DNA from: Gemmatimonadota bacterium
Lineage (GTDB): Bacteria; Gemmatimonadota; Gemmatimonadetes; Palauibacterales; KS3-K002
Assembly (NCBI GenBank): GCA_039586795.1
Contig: JBDHJS010000064.1
Location: 1 to 32,503 of the forward strand
Length of the DNA stretch: 32,503 nucleotides
Direction: 5' to 3'
The notes beneath the pieces are model-generated. The model did not search any database and was not told the DNA's origin. It saw only the letters and a program-made list of their open reading frames with translations. Of this stretch, positions 18,802 through 27,102 are shown piece by piece (the stretch's first letter is position 1; the number at the start of each line of letters is the position of its first letter). The position numbers and the translations under genes are program-made.

Positions 18802-20214
18802 GTGACTTCACAAGCAACCGTGTTTGATGTTACCAACGTCGACTTATTGAACGGCAAGCTCGTCCTGCGAATCACGGAGAACCGTCCCTGGCAGCAGATC
18901 GACGTGATGCATCGCGAGCTGGGTGCTAAGGTCAAGGCGTGCGTTCGGTACATTCGCAGCCAGGATTTTGCCGACGAGTACAACGCCAGGCCCGGCGATG
19001 CCGTCATTCGCCTGGTCGCCGCCGAGCGGCCCGCAGAGGCTACGCGCGAGCTGCTCCAGCGTATTCGCTACGAGCTGGCGAAGCACGATATCGAGTTCGA
19101 GTGTACCGTCGCCGGCCGGCGGGCTACCCCTCTCTCGGCGGCCGCCGACCCGAATCTCGCGCCATCACCGAAGTCGCAGAACGGAAACGGTAGATCGAGA
19201 TTGGTGGCCGACGTGAGCACCGCGACGCGCATTGTAGCGGTTCAGACTGAGGCGCCGCCGGCGCCTCGCGAGCGGGAGCGACCGGCCGCACCGGAGCGGG
19301 TGGAGAAGGCCACCGTCGCCCGGCCGGCCACGATCACCGCGCCCCGTCGGTCGCGGACGGAAGCGTTCGTTCGGATTGTCCTGTTGGCGACCTGGCTGGC
19401 GGTCGCCGGCCCAGCCACGCTGTGGGGACTCGAGTACTACCTGACGCCCATCCAGGAGCGGGCGTACTCCGAGCTCCACGAGATATTCAAGCCCAGCGGT
19501 ACGGTCGGGATCTTGTACGGCACCGTTGGCAGCGTGATGATCGTCATCGGCACGGCGATGTACTCGCTGCGCAAGCGGTTTCGGTTTCTCCAGAAAGCCG
19601 GCCGGCTCACCGGCTGGCTTCAGTTCCATATCTTCCTGTGCACACTGGGACCGTACCTCGTCTTGCTGCACTCCAGCTTCAAGTTCGCTGGCGTCGCGGG
19701 CTTCGCTTTCTGGAGCATGGTCGCCGTAGCCGCGAGCGGCGTGCTGGGACGGTACCTCTTCGCGCACATCCCCGGGACCATTAACAGTCGACGTGCCTTG
19801 GTCCTTGACCTGGAGAGGCAGCAGAAAGCGATCGTCGGCGCTTATGCTGGGAATGGACGCGTCAAGACCGATGCTCTGGATCAGGCCCTCGCGCTTGGGC
19901 GTCAACGCACGCCCAAGGGGCTCCTACACGCCTTCGTTGTCGGCATTCGCAACGACCTGACCGGACGCTGGCTCAAGCGAAAGATCAAACGCCGCCTGGC
20001 TTTGCTCGGGATGACGGCGGTTGATCGGGAGCGCGTCACAACGCTCGTTTTGGAGCAGATCGAACTAAAGCGTCGTGTTGCGCTGCTCGAGCCATTCCAA
20101 AGGATGTTCGCCTACTGGCACGTCGTGCACTTGCCGATGTCGACCGTGATGTGCGTGTCCGTATGCTTGCACATCATCATCGCGGTGCTTTTCGGGTACG
20201 CAAACTTCTTCTAG
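18802..20214 (+). CDS. inner-membrane protein with His-bearing TM helices (cytochrome b/ferric-reductase-like), fused to an N-terminal DUF6572-like domain
   Basis: About 5 hydrophobic segments. Motifs 'YSLRKR', 'WLQFHIF', 'LVLLHSSFKF', 'SGVLGRYLF' and 'YWHVVHLP...CLHI'. GTG start is uncertain. Confidence 0.75.
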   Translation: MTSQATVFDVTNVDLLNGKLVLRITENRPWQQIDVMHRELGAKVKACVRYIRSQDFADEYNARPGDAVIRLVAAERPAEATRELLQRIRYELAKHDIEFECTVAGRRATPLSAAADPNLAPSPKSQNGNGRSRLVADVSTATRIVAVQTEAPPAPRERERPAAPERVEKATVARPATITAPRRSRTEAFVRIVLLATWLAVAGPATLWGLEYYLTPIQERAYSELHEIFKPSGTVGILYGTVGSVMIVIGTAMYSLRKRFRFLQKAGRLTGWLQFHIFLCTLGPYLVLLHSSFKFAGVAGFAFWSMVAVAASGVLGRYLFAHIPGTINSRRALVLDLERQQKAIVGAYAGNGRVKTDALDQALALGRQRTPKGLLHAFVVGIRNDLTGRWLKRKIKRRLALLGMTAVDRERVTTLVLEQIELKRRVALLEPFQRMFAYWHVVHLPMSTVMCVSVCLHIIIAVLFGYANFF

Positions 20215-20225
20215 TGGCAGCTGAC

Positions 20226-20822
20226 ATGAAGCGATTGATTCCGACAATATCCGCCGTTGTCGCGGCGACCGCTTTTCTCCTCGCGATCTACCTGAGCGCG
20301 GGCGATCGGGTGCGCGCTGCACCGGGGGTGGGCGGCCGTGTGAGTTCCAGCTCGGGGATCGCGGCGCTCGACCCACTGGCGGAGCCAAGCCAGAGCAATG
20401 TGAGCGCGGGTTATCATGCCCAATTGGAGACGTTGAAGCTTCGCCTCGCCGCATCGCCGAACGATACCGCGCTACTCATGCGCACAGCCCGACTGCTCGA
20501 CGATGCGCACCAGCCGGACGCGGCCGCCACTTACTACGAGCGGTACCTGGCGGTCGATCCTCACAACAGGCAGGCGTGGCTGGACGTCGCCAGCGCTTAC
20601 GCGGCGCTGGGTCGTTGGGAGGACGCTCTCGAGGCAACGCAATCGGTATTGGACATGGACCCCGACGACTTGACGGCCATGTACAACCTGGGAGCGATCT
20701 ACGCCAACATGGGGAAGTACGAGGAAGCGCGCAGCTGGTGGGAGAGAGTGGGAGATCATGCCGACAGCTCGCTGGCCGATAGAGCGGCGGCCTCGCTCGC
20801 TAGACTCCCGAATCGATCCTGA
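20226..20822 (+). CDS. exported or membrane-anchored TPR protein
   Basis: N-terminal hydrophobic helix. TPRs 'YYERYLAVDPHNRQAWLDVASAY' and 'AMYNLGAIYANMGKYEEARSWW'. Stop overlaps the next ATG. Confidence 0.85.
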   Translation: MKRLIPTISAVVAATAFLLAIYLSAGDRVRAAPGVGGRVSSSSGIAALDPLAEPSQSNVSAGYHAQLETLKLRLAASPNDTALLMRTARLLDDAHQPDAAATYYERYLAVDPHNRQAWLDVASAYAALGRWEDALEATQSVLDMDPDDLTAMYNLGAIYANMGKYEEARSWWERVGDHADSSLADRAAASLARLPNRS

Positions 20823-22363
20823 TGATCCATGGCTACCGAGGCGGCGGCCGCGGTCGGGCTGCCGGGCATCGCATTCGTTCGTTGCTGATGGTTGCCGGCT
20901 TGCTCACGGCGGTGCTCACCTCGACCCGCGACAGCCACGGCCAGTTCATCTCTCCTGGCAAGTTGGCGAAGTCTCACGCGAACGATGCGCACCTGAACGG
21001 AATAACGAATTGCACGAAATGCCACGAGCTCCGCAGTCCCGGCGCGGCTCGAGACAAGTGTCTGGAGTGTCACGTTCCAATGCGGAACCGGTTGAACGAG
21101 CGGCTAGGGCTACACTCGACGTTCGAGGAAGAGGATTGTGGCGCGTGTCACAAGGACCATTTCGGCGCCGATTTCGACATGGTTCGGTTCGACACGGCCA
21201 GCTTCGAGCATAACGAGAAGACCGACTATGAGCTGGTGGATAGCCATGCCGAGGCCGAGTGCCGGAGCTGCCACAAGGCGGACCTGGTCGAGGCGGAGGA
21301 CGTGCGCGATTTCAAGGGCGAGCATGGAGCGTTGGACAGGACGTGGCTGGGACTGGGAACGACCTGCAACGGATGTCACTCGCCGGAGACCCCTCACGAG
21401 GGTCAATTCGGGGACAGCAGCTGCGATGAGTGTCACGCGGTGACCACCTGGGAGGAAGCGGCGTCGTTCGATCACGATCAATCACGGTTCCGACTCCTCG
21501 GTAAACACCGCGATGTAGCCTGCGAGGATTGCCACAAACCGCTCCGCAATGCCCAGCGTGAGAAGTATGTCCAGTACGTTCAGATGGAATTCGATCTTTG
21601 CCAGGACTGTCATGAAGATGAACACGAAGGTAAGCGCGGGAACGACTGCACGGAATGTCACGTCAACTCCGGCTGGCATCGTATCCGGCGCGAGACTTTC
21701 GAAGAGGGTTGGGATCATTCCCTCACCGAATTCGAGTTGGTGGGCCACCACGCGGAAGCCGAGTGCTCAACCTGTCACGGGAAGCCGCCCAAGCGAGACG
21801 AAGAGATCGATGTCCGTTTCGTGGTAACCACGCTCGATTTCACCTATCCGCGTCCGGTAGCCGAGGATTGTGTCTCCTGTCACCGTGACTACCACCGCGG
21901 AGTGTTCGAAGATTCACTAGGTGGAATCGTATGTGACGACTGCCACAGTGAGCACGATTGGCTTCCCGTCGATTACGATGTCGAACGCCACAACGAGCAA
22001 TCGCCCTTCGCATTGGAGGGCGCGCACGTCACGACTCCCTGCAATCTCTGTCACCCGGAACCGGATGACGGGCAGGAAGCGGCGCAGTTCACGATCGAGA
22101 AGCAGGACTGCGTGAGTTGCCACGCGGAAGATGAGCCTCACCAGGATCAGTTCACCGACCGGCCGTGTGAGGATTGCCACGATAGCCGCGCGTTTCTCAT
22201 CCCCGACTACGATCACTCCCAGACAGAGTTTCCCCTCGACGGCAAGCACCAGGACGTCCCGTGCGCCTCCTGCCATCCGGAAGAGTCTGATGCTGGCGGG
22301 GACCCCGTCGTCCGTTACAAACCCCTGGACTACGAGTGCAGGGACTGCCACAGGGGCGACTGA
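20822..22363 (+). CDS. periplasmic multiheme cytochrome c (c3/c7-like), 17 CXXCH
   Basis: Signal peptide then 'QFISPGKLAKSH'. 17 CXXCH with recurring 'FDH...FxLxGxH' distal His motifs. Strongly acidic. TGATG coupling at both ends. Confidence 0.92.
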   Translation: MIHGYRGGGRGRAAGHRIRSLLMVAGLLTAVLTSTRDSHGQFISPGKLAKSHANDAHLNGITNCTKCHELRSPGAARDKCLECHVPMRNRLNERLGLHSTFEEEDCGACHKDHFGADFDMVRFDTASFEHNEKTDYELVDSHAEAECRSCHKADLVEAEDVRDFKGEHGALDRTWLGLGTTCNGCHSPETPHEGQFGDSSCDECHAVTTWEEAASFDHDQSRFRLLGKHRDVACEDCHKPLRNAQREKYVQYVQMEFDLCQDCHEDEHEGKRGNDCTECHVNSGWHRIRRETFEEGWDHSLTEFELVGHHAEAECSTCHGKPPKRDEEIDVRFVVTTLDFTYPRPVAEDCVSCHRDYHRGVFEDSLGGIVCDDCHSEHDWLPVDYDVERHNEQSPFALEGAHVTTPCNLCHPEPDDGQEAAQFTIEKQDCVSCHAEDEPHQDQFTDRPCEDCHDSRAFLIPDYDHSQTEFPLDGKHQDVPCASCHPEESDAGGDPVVRYKPLDYECRDCHRGD

Positions 22364-23442
22364 TGCGTGGAACGCCAGCCCTAGCTCTCAGCTTGCTGCT
22401 ACTGGCCGTTTGGGTCGACACGGCGTCGCCACAGGAGACGGCCACGCGCAGCCCGCACGGCGAGTTGACTCAGAATATTGATTGCAGTGCTTGTCACACG
22501 CCGGACGGCTGGTCTCCTGTGAGAGACGTGATGGACTTCGAGCACGACGACGACACGAGCTTTCCCCTCGTCGGTCGTCATCAGGATGCCGGTTGCGGCG
22601 GTTGCCATCTCGGCTTGCGCTTCGATGAGCCTAGGGTAGGCCCCAGCGACTGCGGCGCCTGCCACGTCGATGTGCACCTCGGGAATCTCTCGGATAACTG
22701 CGCCGGCTGTCACAACGAGGTGTCCTATAATGATGTGGCCGGCGTGTCGATCCACACCCGGACCGCGTTTCCGCTCACCGGCGCCCATCTCCAGTTGACG
22801 TGCGAGAGCTGCCACGTCGATGATCGCGGCAGCGCGTACAGCCCGTTGGACTCGGACTGTTTCTCTTGTCACGCCGCGGACTATGAGGATGCCCAGTCGC
22901 TGGACCACACGGCCCTGGCGTTCTCCACCACCTGCGAGGAGTGCCACAATACGTTGGGCTGGGGTGGTGGCCCGTTCAATCACCTCGCCGCCTCCGGCAG
23001 TTTCGACCTCGTCGGGACCCATACGATCATTCGCTGCGAGGCCTGCCATGTCATGCCGGGGCTCGCGCTGAAGTACCAGCCCGCCGGCCAGAACGATTGC
23101 CTTACCTGCCACGAGCAAGACTACCAGCGTAAGCACGCGGGCAGTGGCTTTCCCACCGAGTGTCTCAACTGCCACGACCAGAACAGCTGGGGTGGGGCCG
23201 TGATCGTCGCGGCGCAGCACGACGCCATCTTCCCCATCTTCTCCGGCCCGCACCAGGGGAAATGGAACAACGACTGCAGCGTCTGTCACATCGTCCCGAA
23301 CAACCAGCAGGTCTTCAGCTGTTTGAACTGTCACCAGCATTCTCAAGCCCGAATGAACGACGCGCACAATGAGGTGGGCGGCTACAGCTACATCAGCACG
23401 CTGTGCTACGAATGCCATCCGAGGGGAAGAAGTGACGACTAA
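22363..23442 (+). CDS. exported multiheme cytochrome c, 13 CXXCH
   Basis: ATG 22363 overlaps the previous TGA. Signal peptide, then 'SPHGEL' and 13 CXXCH. Ends 'CYECHPRG'. Confidence 0.92.
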   Translation: MRGTPALALSLLLLAVWVDTASPQETATRSPHGELTQNIDCSACHTPDGWSPVRDVMDFEHDDDTSFPLVGRHQDAGCGGCHLGLRFDEPRVGPSDCGACHVDVHLGNLSDNCAGCHNEVSYNDVAGVSIHTRTAFPLTGAHLQLTCESCHVDDRGSAYSPLDSDCFSCHAADYEDAQSLDHTALAFSTTCEECHNTLGWGGGPFNHLAASGSFDLVGTHTIIRCEACHVMPGLALKYQPAGQNDCLTCHEQDYQRKHAGSGFPTECLNCHDQNSWGGAVIVAAQHDAIFPIFSGPHQGKWNNDCSVCHIVPNNQQVFSCLNCHQHSQARMNDAHNEVGGYSYISTLCYECHPRGRSDD

Positions 23443-25016
23443 TGGGTAACTGGGCGGACAGGACCTCGGTCAGGCTGATCTCAACAGCCGTATCGCTCAT
23501 CGTTCTGGGTCTGTTCGCTTCGTCGGCGAACGCACAGGTGCAGCGGCTGAGCGTCGTGGTGGAATACATCGCCGGCGCCACACTCTACATCGATGCGGGC
23601 ACGGAGCAGGGGATTAGCGCCGAAGACACGATTTACGTCTACGACCCAGGCGATGGGACGTTCAAGGGGAGCCTTCGGGTGCTGGAAAGTTCGAGCGGCC
23701 GGTCGGTGCTCACATTTGCCGGCCAGCCCTTCGGCATCACGCGGGGCGATGTCCTGGAGGTCTCGTTCGTGGCGGCCACACTTCCTGCAGAGGCCGATGC
23801 CCCGGTCCAGTCGGAGTACATACCGGCGACGCGAGCCCAGCCCCTTCAGGTCCACGGGCGTCTTTCGCTTAGCGTCAGCGCGCTGCAGTCGACGACCCAG
23901 GGTAGAGTCGTGGGTATAGAGCCGATCGACCGCACGTTCACAACGCCGACGGCCCGCCTGAGACTGGACGTTGCCCATCTGCCGGGCGACATCACGTTTC
24001 GAACAAACCTGCGGAGCGCTACGCGCTTCAGCTCTGAGGACCTGATTCAGCCGCCCCAGTCGTTCCGCATCTATCAGATGAGTCTGGAGCGGAGCTTCCA
24101 GAGCTTCCCGCTTTTCGTTCGGCTCGGAAGGTTCTACAGCCCCTACGAGCGATACAGCGGCTATTGGGACGGCTTGCTCGTTCGGGTGGGCCGAGAAGAT
24201 GGATTTGGAGCCGGCGTCGCTGCCGGTTTCCAGCCTGACCTGCTGAACGAGGAGCTCAATACAGAGCGGCCCAAGTACAGCGCATTCCTCAACTACAGGG
24301 CCGCCGGCCGGGGCGTCGGGTACCGGGCCGACGCCTCCGTTCATCACATTCGATCCAATACCGATCTTGTCGAGAGCACCTACGCCGGGCTGTCGCAGCG
24401 CTTGCGGCTGGGGAGATGGCTGCTAACTCAGGATCTCCAGGTCGACCGCGACGCTTCCGCCGGAACCTGGAGAATATCGCGCCTGCAAGTCAGCACATCC
24501 GTACCTCTGCACCGGAGTGCGGAATTGTACGCGCGGTACTCGCTGCGGCGCCCCTCGCTATCGCCGCTCGACACCCTGGTTGCCCAGCAGCGCCAGCAGG
24601 CCGGAGGCGGTCTGATCTTTCGGGCCTGGAGCGGCAGCATCAGCGGCGACGTGACCCTAACACGTCTGGAACATGGCGAAACGAGCTACAGCTACTCGTC
24701 GTTCTTCAGTTTCCCACGCACCGCTTTGTGGAACCTCGGTTTCAGCGCCTCGGCCAACTATTGGACGCAGACTGCCGCGAACACGCTGTACCTGTCCGGT
24801 GGACTCAGTCGGTACTTCGGGCGGGCCCAGGTAAGAGCTTTCTATCACCGATACATCACCGAGAGCATGGGGATGAGCCTGGTGACACAAGGGGGAGAGC
24901 TCGCCCTCGCCGTACCGCTCAGCCGGCGCCTCTTCTCGACGCTGCGAGCCGTCATCTCGCGGAGCGCCAACTTGACCAGCAACAGTCTGGACGCGCAGTT
25001 GGGGATGACGTTCTGA
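23442..25016 (+). CDS. putative outer-membrane beta-barrel (porin) with a small N-terminal beta domain
   Basis: Signal peptide ending 'SANA|Q'. Alternating hydrophobic strands rich in aromatic residues, Ser, Gly and Arg. Terminal 'LDAQLGMTF' with C-terminal Phe. TAATG/TGATG overlaps. Confidence 0.78.
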   Translation: MGNWADRTSVRLISTAVSLIVLGLFASSANAQVQRLSVVVEYIAGATLYIDAGTEQGISAEDTIYVYDPGDGTFKGSLRVLESSSGRSVLTFAGQPFGITRGDVLEVSFVAATLPAEADAPVQSEYIPATRAQPLQVHGRLSLSVSALQSTTQGRVVGIEPIDRTFTTPTARLRLDVAHLPGDITFRTNLRSATRFSSEDLIQPPQSFRIYQMSLERSFQSFPLFVRLGRFYSPYERYSGYWDGLLVRVGREDGFGAGVAAGFQPDLLNEELNTERPKYSAFLNYRAAGRGVGYRADASVHHIRSNTDLVESTYAGLSQRLRLGRWLLTQDLQVDRDASAGTWRISRLQVSTSVPLHRSAELYARYSLRRPSLSPLDTLVAQQRQQAGGGLIFRAWSGSISGDVTLTRLEHGETSYSYSSFFSFPRTALWNLGFSASANYWTQTAANTLYLSGGLSRYFGRAQVRAFYHRYITESMGMSLVTQGGELALAVPLSRRLFSTLRAVISRSANLTSNSLDAQLGMTF

Positions 25017-26335
25017 TGGATATCCCGGCGATTCCTACCTGGCTCATCTGTGCCGCCGTGCTGTTCGTCGCCTGCGCGCCGTTCCTTTGGGCTTATCGCC
25101 GGCGCGAGCGCAAGACGCGTGAAGCGGAACTGGAAGCCGAGAAGTACGGCTTGAAGGAGCCGGCCACCCTACACCCCATCGTCGACCCGAACCGCTGCAT
25201 CGGTATTGGCAACTGCGCCAAGGTCTGTCCCGAGCCGGACGTGCTCGGCATGCGCGCCGGCCAGGCGATCGCCGTGGCTCCCGCTCGCTGCATTGGCCAC
25301 GGGCTGTGCGAGCGGGTCTGCCCGGTCGACGCGATTCAGCTCGTGTTCGGAACCGCGACGCGTGGCGTGGACATCCCGCGCGTGAAGGAGAACTTCGAGA
25401 CCAACGTGCCGGGCATCTATATCATCGGTGAGTTGGGCGGGATGGGGCTGATCCACGCCGCGTTCGAGCAGGGCCGTCAGGTGATCGATGGAATCAGCAA
25501 AGAAAAGAGATCCGGACCGGCTGATGCCCTCGACGTCCTTATAGTAGGCTGTGGCCCCGGCGGCTTGTCCGCGTCACTGAGCTGTCTGCAAAGCAAGTTG
25601 AAGTTCGTCACCATCGACAAGGAGGAAGCCATCGGGGGCGCCGTCCGGCACTACCCCCGCAAGAAGCTGGTGATGACGTACCCGGTGAAGATCCCCGGGT
25701 ACGGAAGGATCCGCATCCGCGAGATACAAAAGGAGCAACTGATCAAGCTATGGGAGGATGTTGCTGTCAAAGTCGGGCTGAAGGTGAACACGGGCGAAAC
25801 GGTGCGCGATGTGAAGCGGCAGCCGGGCGGCGGTTTCCAGGTCATCACCGACAAAGCAACCTACAAAACCCAGCGCGTGATCCTCGCCATCGGTCGCCGC
25901 GGTATACCCAGGAAACTGAACGTACCCGGAGAGGATTCGCCGAAGGTCGCCTACGCTCTCAAGGAGCCGGAGCTGTACCAAAACGACAATATCGTCGTGG
26001 TCGGGGGCGGTGACTCCGCCGTCGAGGCCGCCCTGGCGCTCTCCGAGCAGCCGGGCAACACCGTTCGGCTCTCTTATCGGAAGGATCGTTTCTCCCGCAT
26101 CAAGCCGATGAACCACCAGCGGATAGAAAGCGCGATCTCGCAACGCCGAATCGAGCCTCTGTGGTCGACCAGCCTGAGGGTGATCGAGCCGGACGCCGTG
26201 GTCTACGGGAACGGCGGCAGCGACACGGTGCGAATTGCCAACGACTACGTCTTCGTCTTCATCGGCGGCGAGCTACCCACCAATTTCCTCAAGTCCTGCG
26301 GCATTCAGATCGACACCAAGTTCGGCCAACCTTGA
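25016..26335 (+). CDS. membrane-anchored ferredoxin-domain plus FAD/NAD(P)-binding oxidoreductase (thioredoxin-reductase-like fold)
   Basis: N-terminal TM helix. Fe-S motifs CIGIGNCAKVCP and CIGHGLCERVCP. 'IVGCGPGG' FAD motif and 'VVGGGDSAVEAA...SYRK' NAD(P) motif. No CXXC redox disulfide in the reductase part. Confidence 0.9.
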   Translation: MDIPAIPTWLICAAVLFVACAPFLWAYRRRERKTREAELEAEKYGLKEPATLHPIVDPNRCIGIGNCAKVCPEPDVLGMRAGQAIAVAPARCIGHGLCERVCPVDAIQLVFGTATRGVDIPRVKENFETNVPGIYIIGELGGMGLIHAAFEQGRQVIDGISKEKRSGPADALDVLIVGCGPGGLSASLSCLQSKLKFVTIDKEEAIGGAVRHYPRKKLVMTYPVKIPGYGRIRIREIQKEQLIKLWEDVAVKVGLKVNTGETVRDVKRQPGGGFQVITDKATYKTQRVILAIGRRGIPRKLNVPGEDSPKVAYALKEPELYQNDNIVVVGGGDSAVEAALALSEQPGNTVRLSYRKDRFSRIKPMNHQRIESAISQRRIEPLWSTSLRVIEPDAVVYGNGGSDTVRIANDYVFVFIGGELPTNFLKSCGIQIDTKFGQP

Positions 26336-26369
26336 GCGTCGTACTCTCCGGTTCCATTCGAGGGCGAGC

Positions 26370-26789
26370 CTAGCGGCGCGACTCGGCTAGGATCGGATTG
26401 AGGACGAGGCTGGGGACGCGCTCGAAGTGTCGCACGTTCCCGGTCACGAGCTCCAATCCGTGATAGATCGCTGCCGCCGCGATCTGTAGGTCGGCATCGG
26501 CCAGCGGCGCTCCCTGGTCCTCTAAGCGGGCGCGAATCTGACCGAAGACCTTGGCGACAGCGGTGTCGAAGGGCAGGGCGGTGACCGCCGCGAGGACGCG
26601 CTCCTCGATATTGGCCAGGTGGCGGTCCCGCGCTTTCGAACGAAACGCCCCGGCGTACAGCTCGCCAACGCAGACGGCGCTAGTGTACTGCTCCTCTCTC
26701 GGCACGCTCTTCAGCCAGGCCAGGTACTCCGGCGCTGGCCGCGGCCGCAACGTCTCCGAGATCGCATCGGTGTCGAACAGGTAGGCCAT
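26370..26789 (-). CDS. vapC: type II TA toxin, PIN domain (VapC family)
   Basis: 'YLFDTDAISE...SAVCVGEL...DADLQIAAAA...LVTGNVRHF'. Start at ATG 26789, 2 nt after the antitoxin stop. Confidence 0.92.
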   Translation of the reverse strand: MAYLFDTDAISETLRPRPAPEYLAWLKSVPREEQYTSAVCVGELYAGAFRSKARDRHLANIEERVLAAVTALPFDTAVAKVFGQIRARLEDQGAPLADADLQIAAAAIYHGLELVTGNVRHFERVPSLVLNPILAESRR

Positions 26790-26791
26790 GG

Positions 26792-27070
26792 CTAGTCGAG
26801 TGGTTCCGCCGGGCGGCGGCCCCGCCGAACCAACTCCTCGATCCGGCGGACCAGCTCGTCCGAACCTTCCCAGCCGCCCGCCAGGCTGGCCAGACCGCCC
26901 TCCGGCCCTGCCGCCCGCAGCCGCTCCAACTGCTCCACGTCCGCCGCTGGTACCAGCGCGGCCACCGGCTGGCCGTGCCGGGTGATGAGCACGGGCTCGC
27001 CGTTTTCGACCAGGCGGATCCAGTGGGAGAAAGTGGCCTTTGCCTCCGCTATGGGTACGGTCCTGGACAT
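26792..27070 (-). CDS. type II TA antitoxin, Phd/YefM family
   Basis: GGAG RBS. 'VPIAEAKATFSHWIRLVENGEPVLITRHGQPVAALVP'. Confidence 0.92.
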   Translation of the reverse strand: MSRTVPIAEAKATFSHWIRLVENGEPVLITRHGQPVAALVPAADVEQLERLRAAGPEGGLASLAGGWEGSDELVRRIEELVRRGRRPAEPLD

Positions 27071-27102
27071 GGGCACTCCAGCTCGTAAAGGCGTTCTTCG
27101 CA

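Noticed and set aside
24416..25015. 200-aa N-terminal extension of the oxidoreductase ORF
   Set aside because: It overlaps the beta-barrel gene in another frame. TGATG coupling and the TM helix place the start at 25016.
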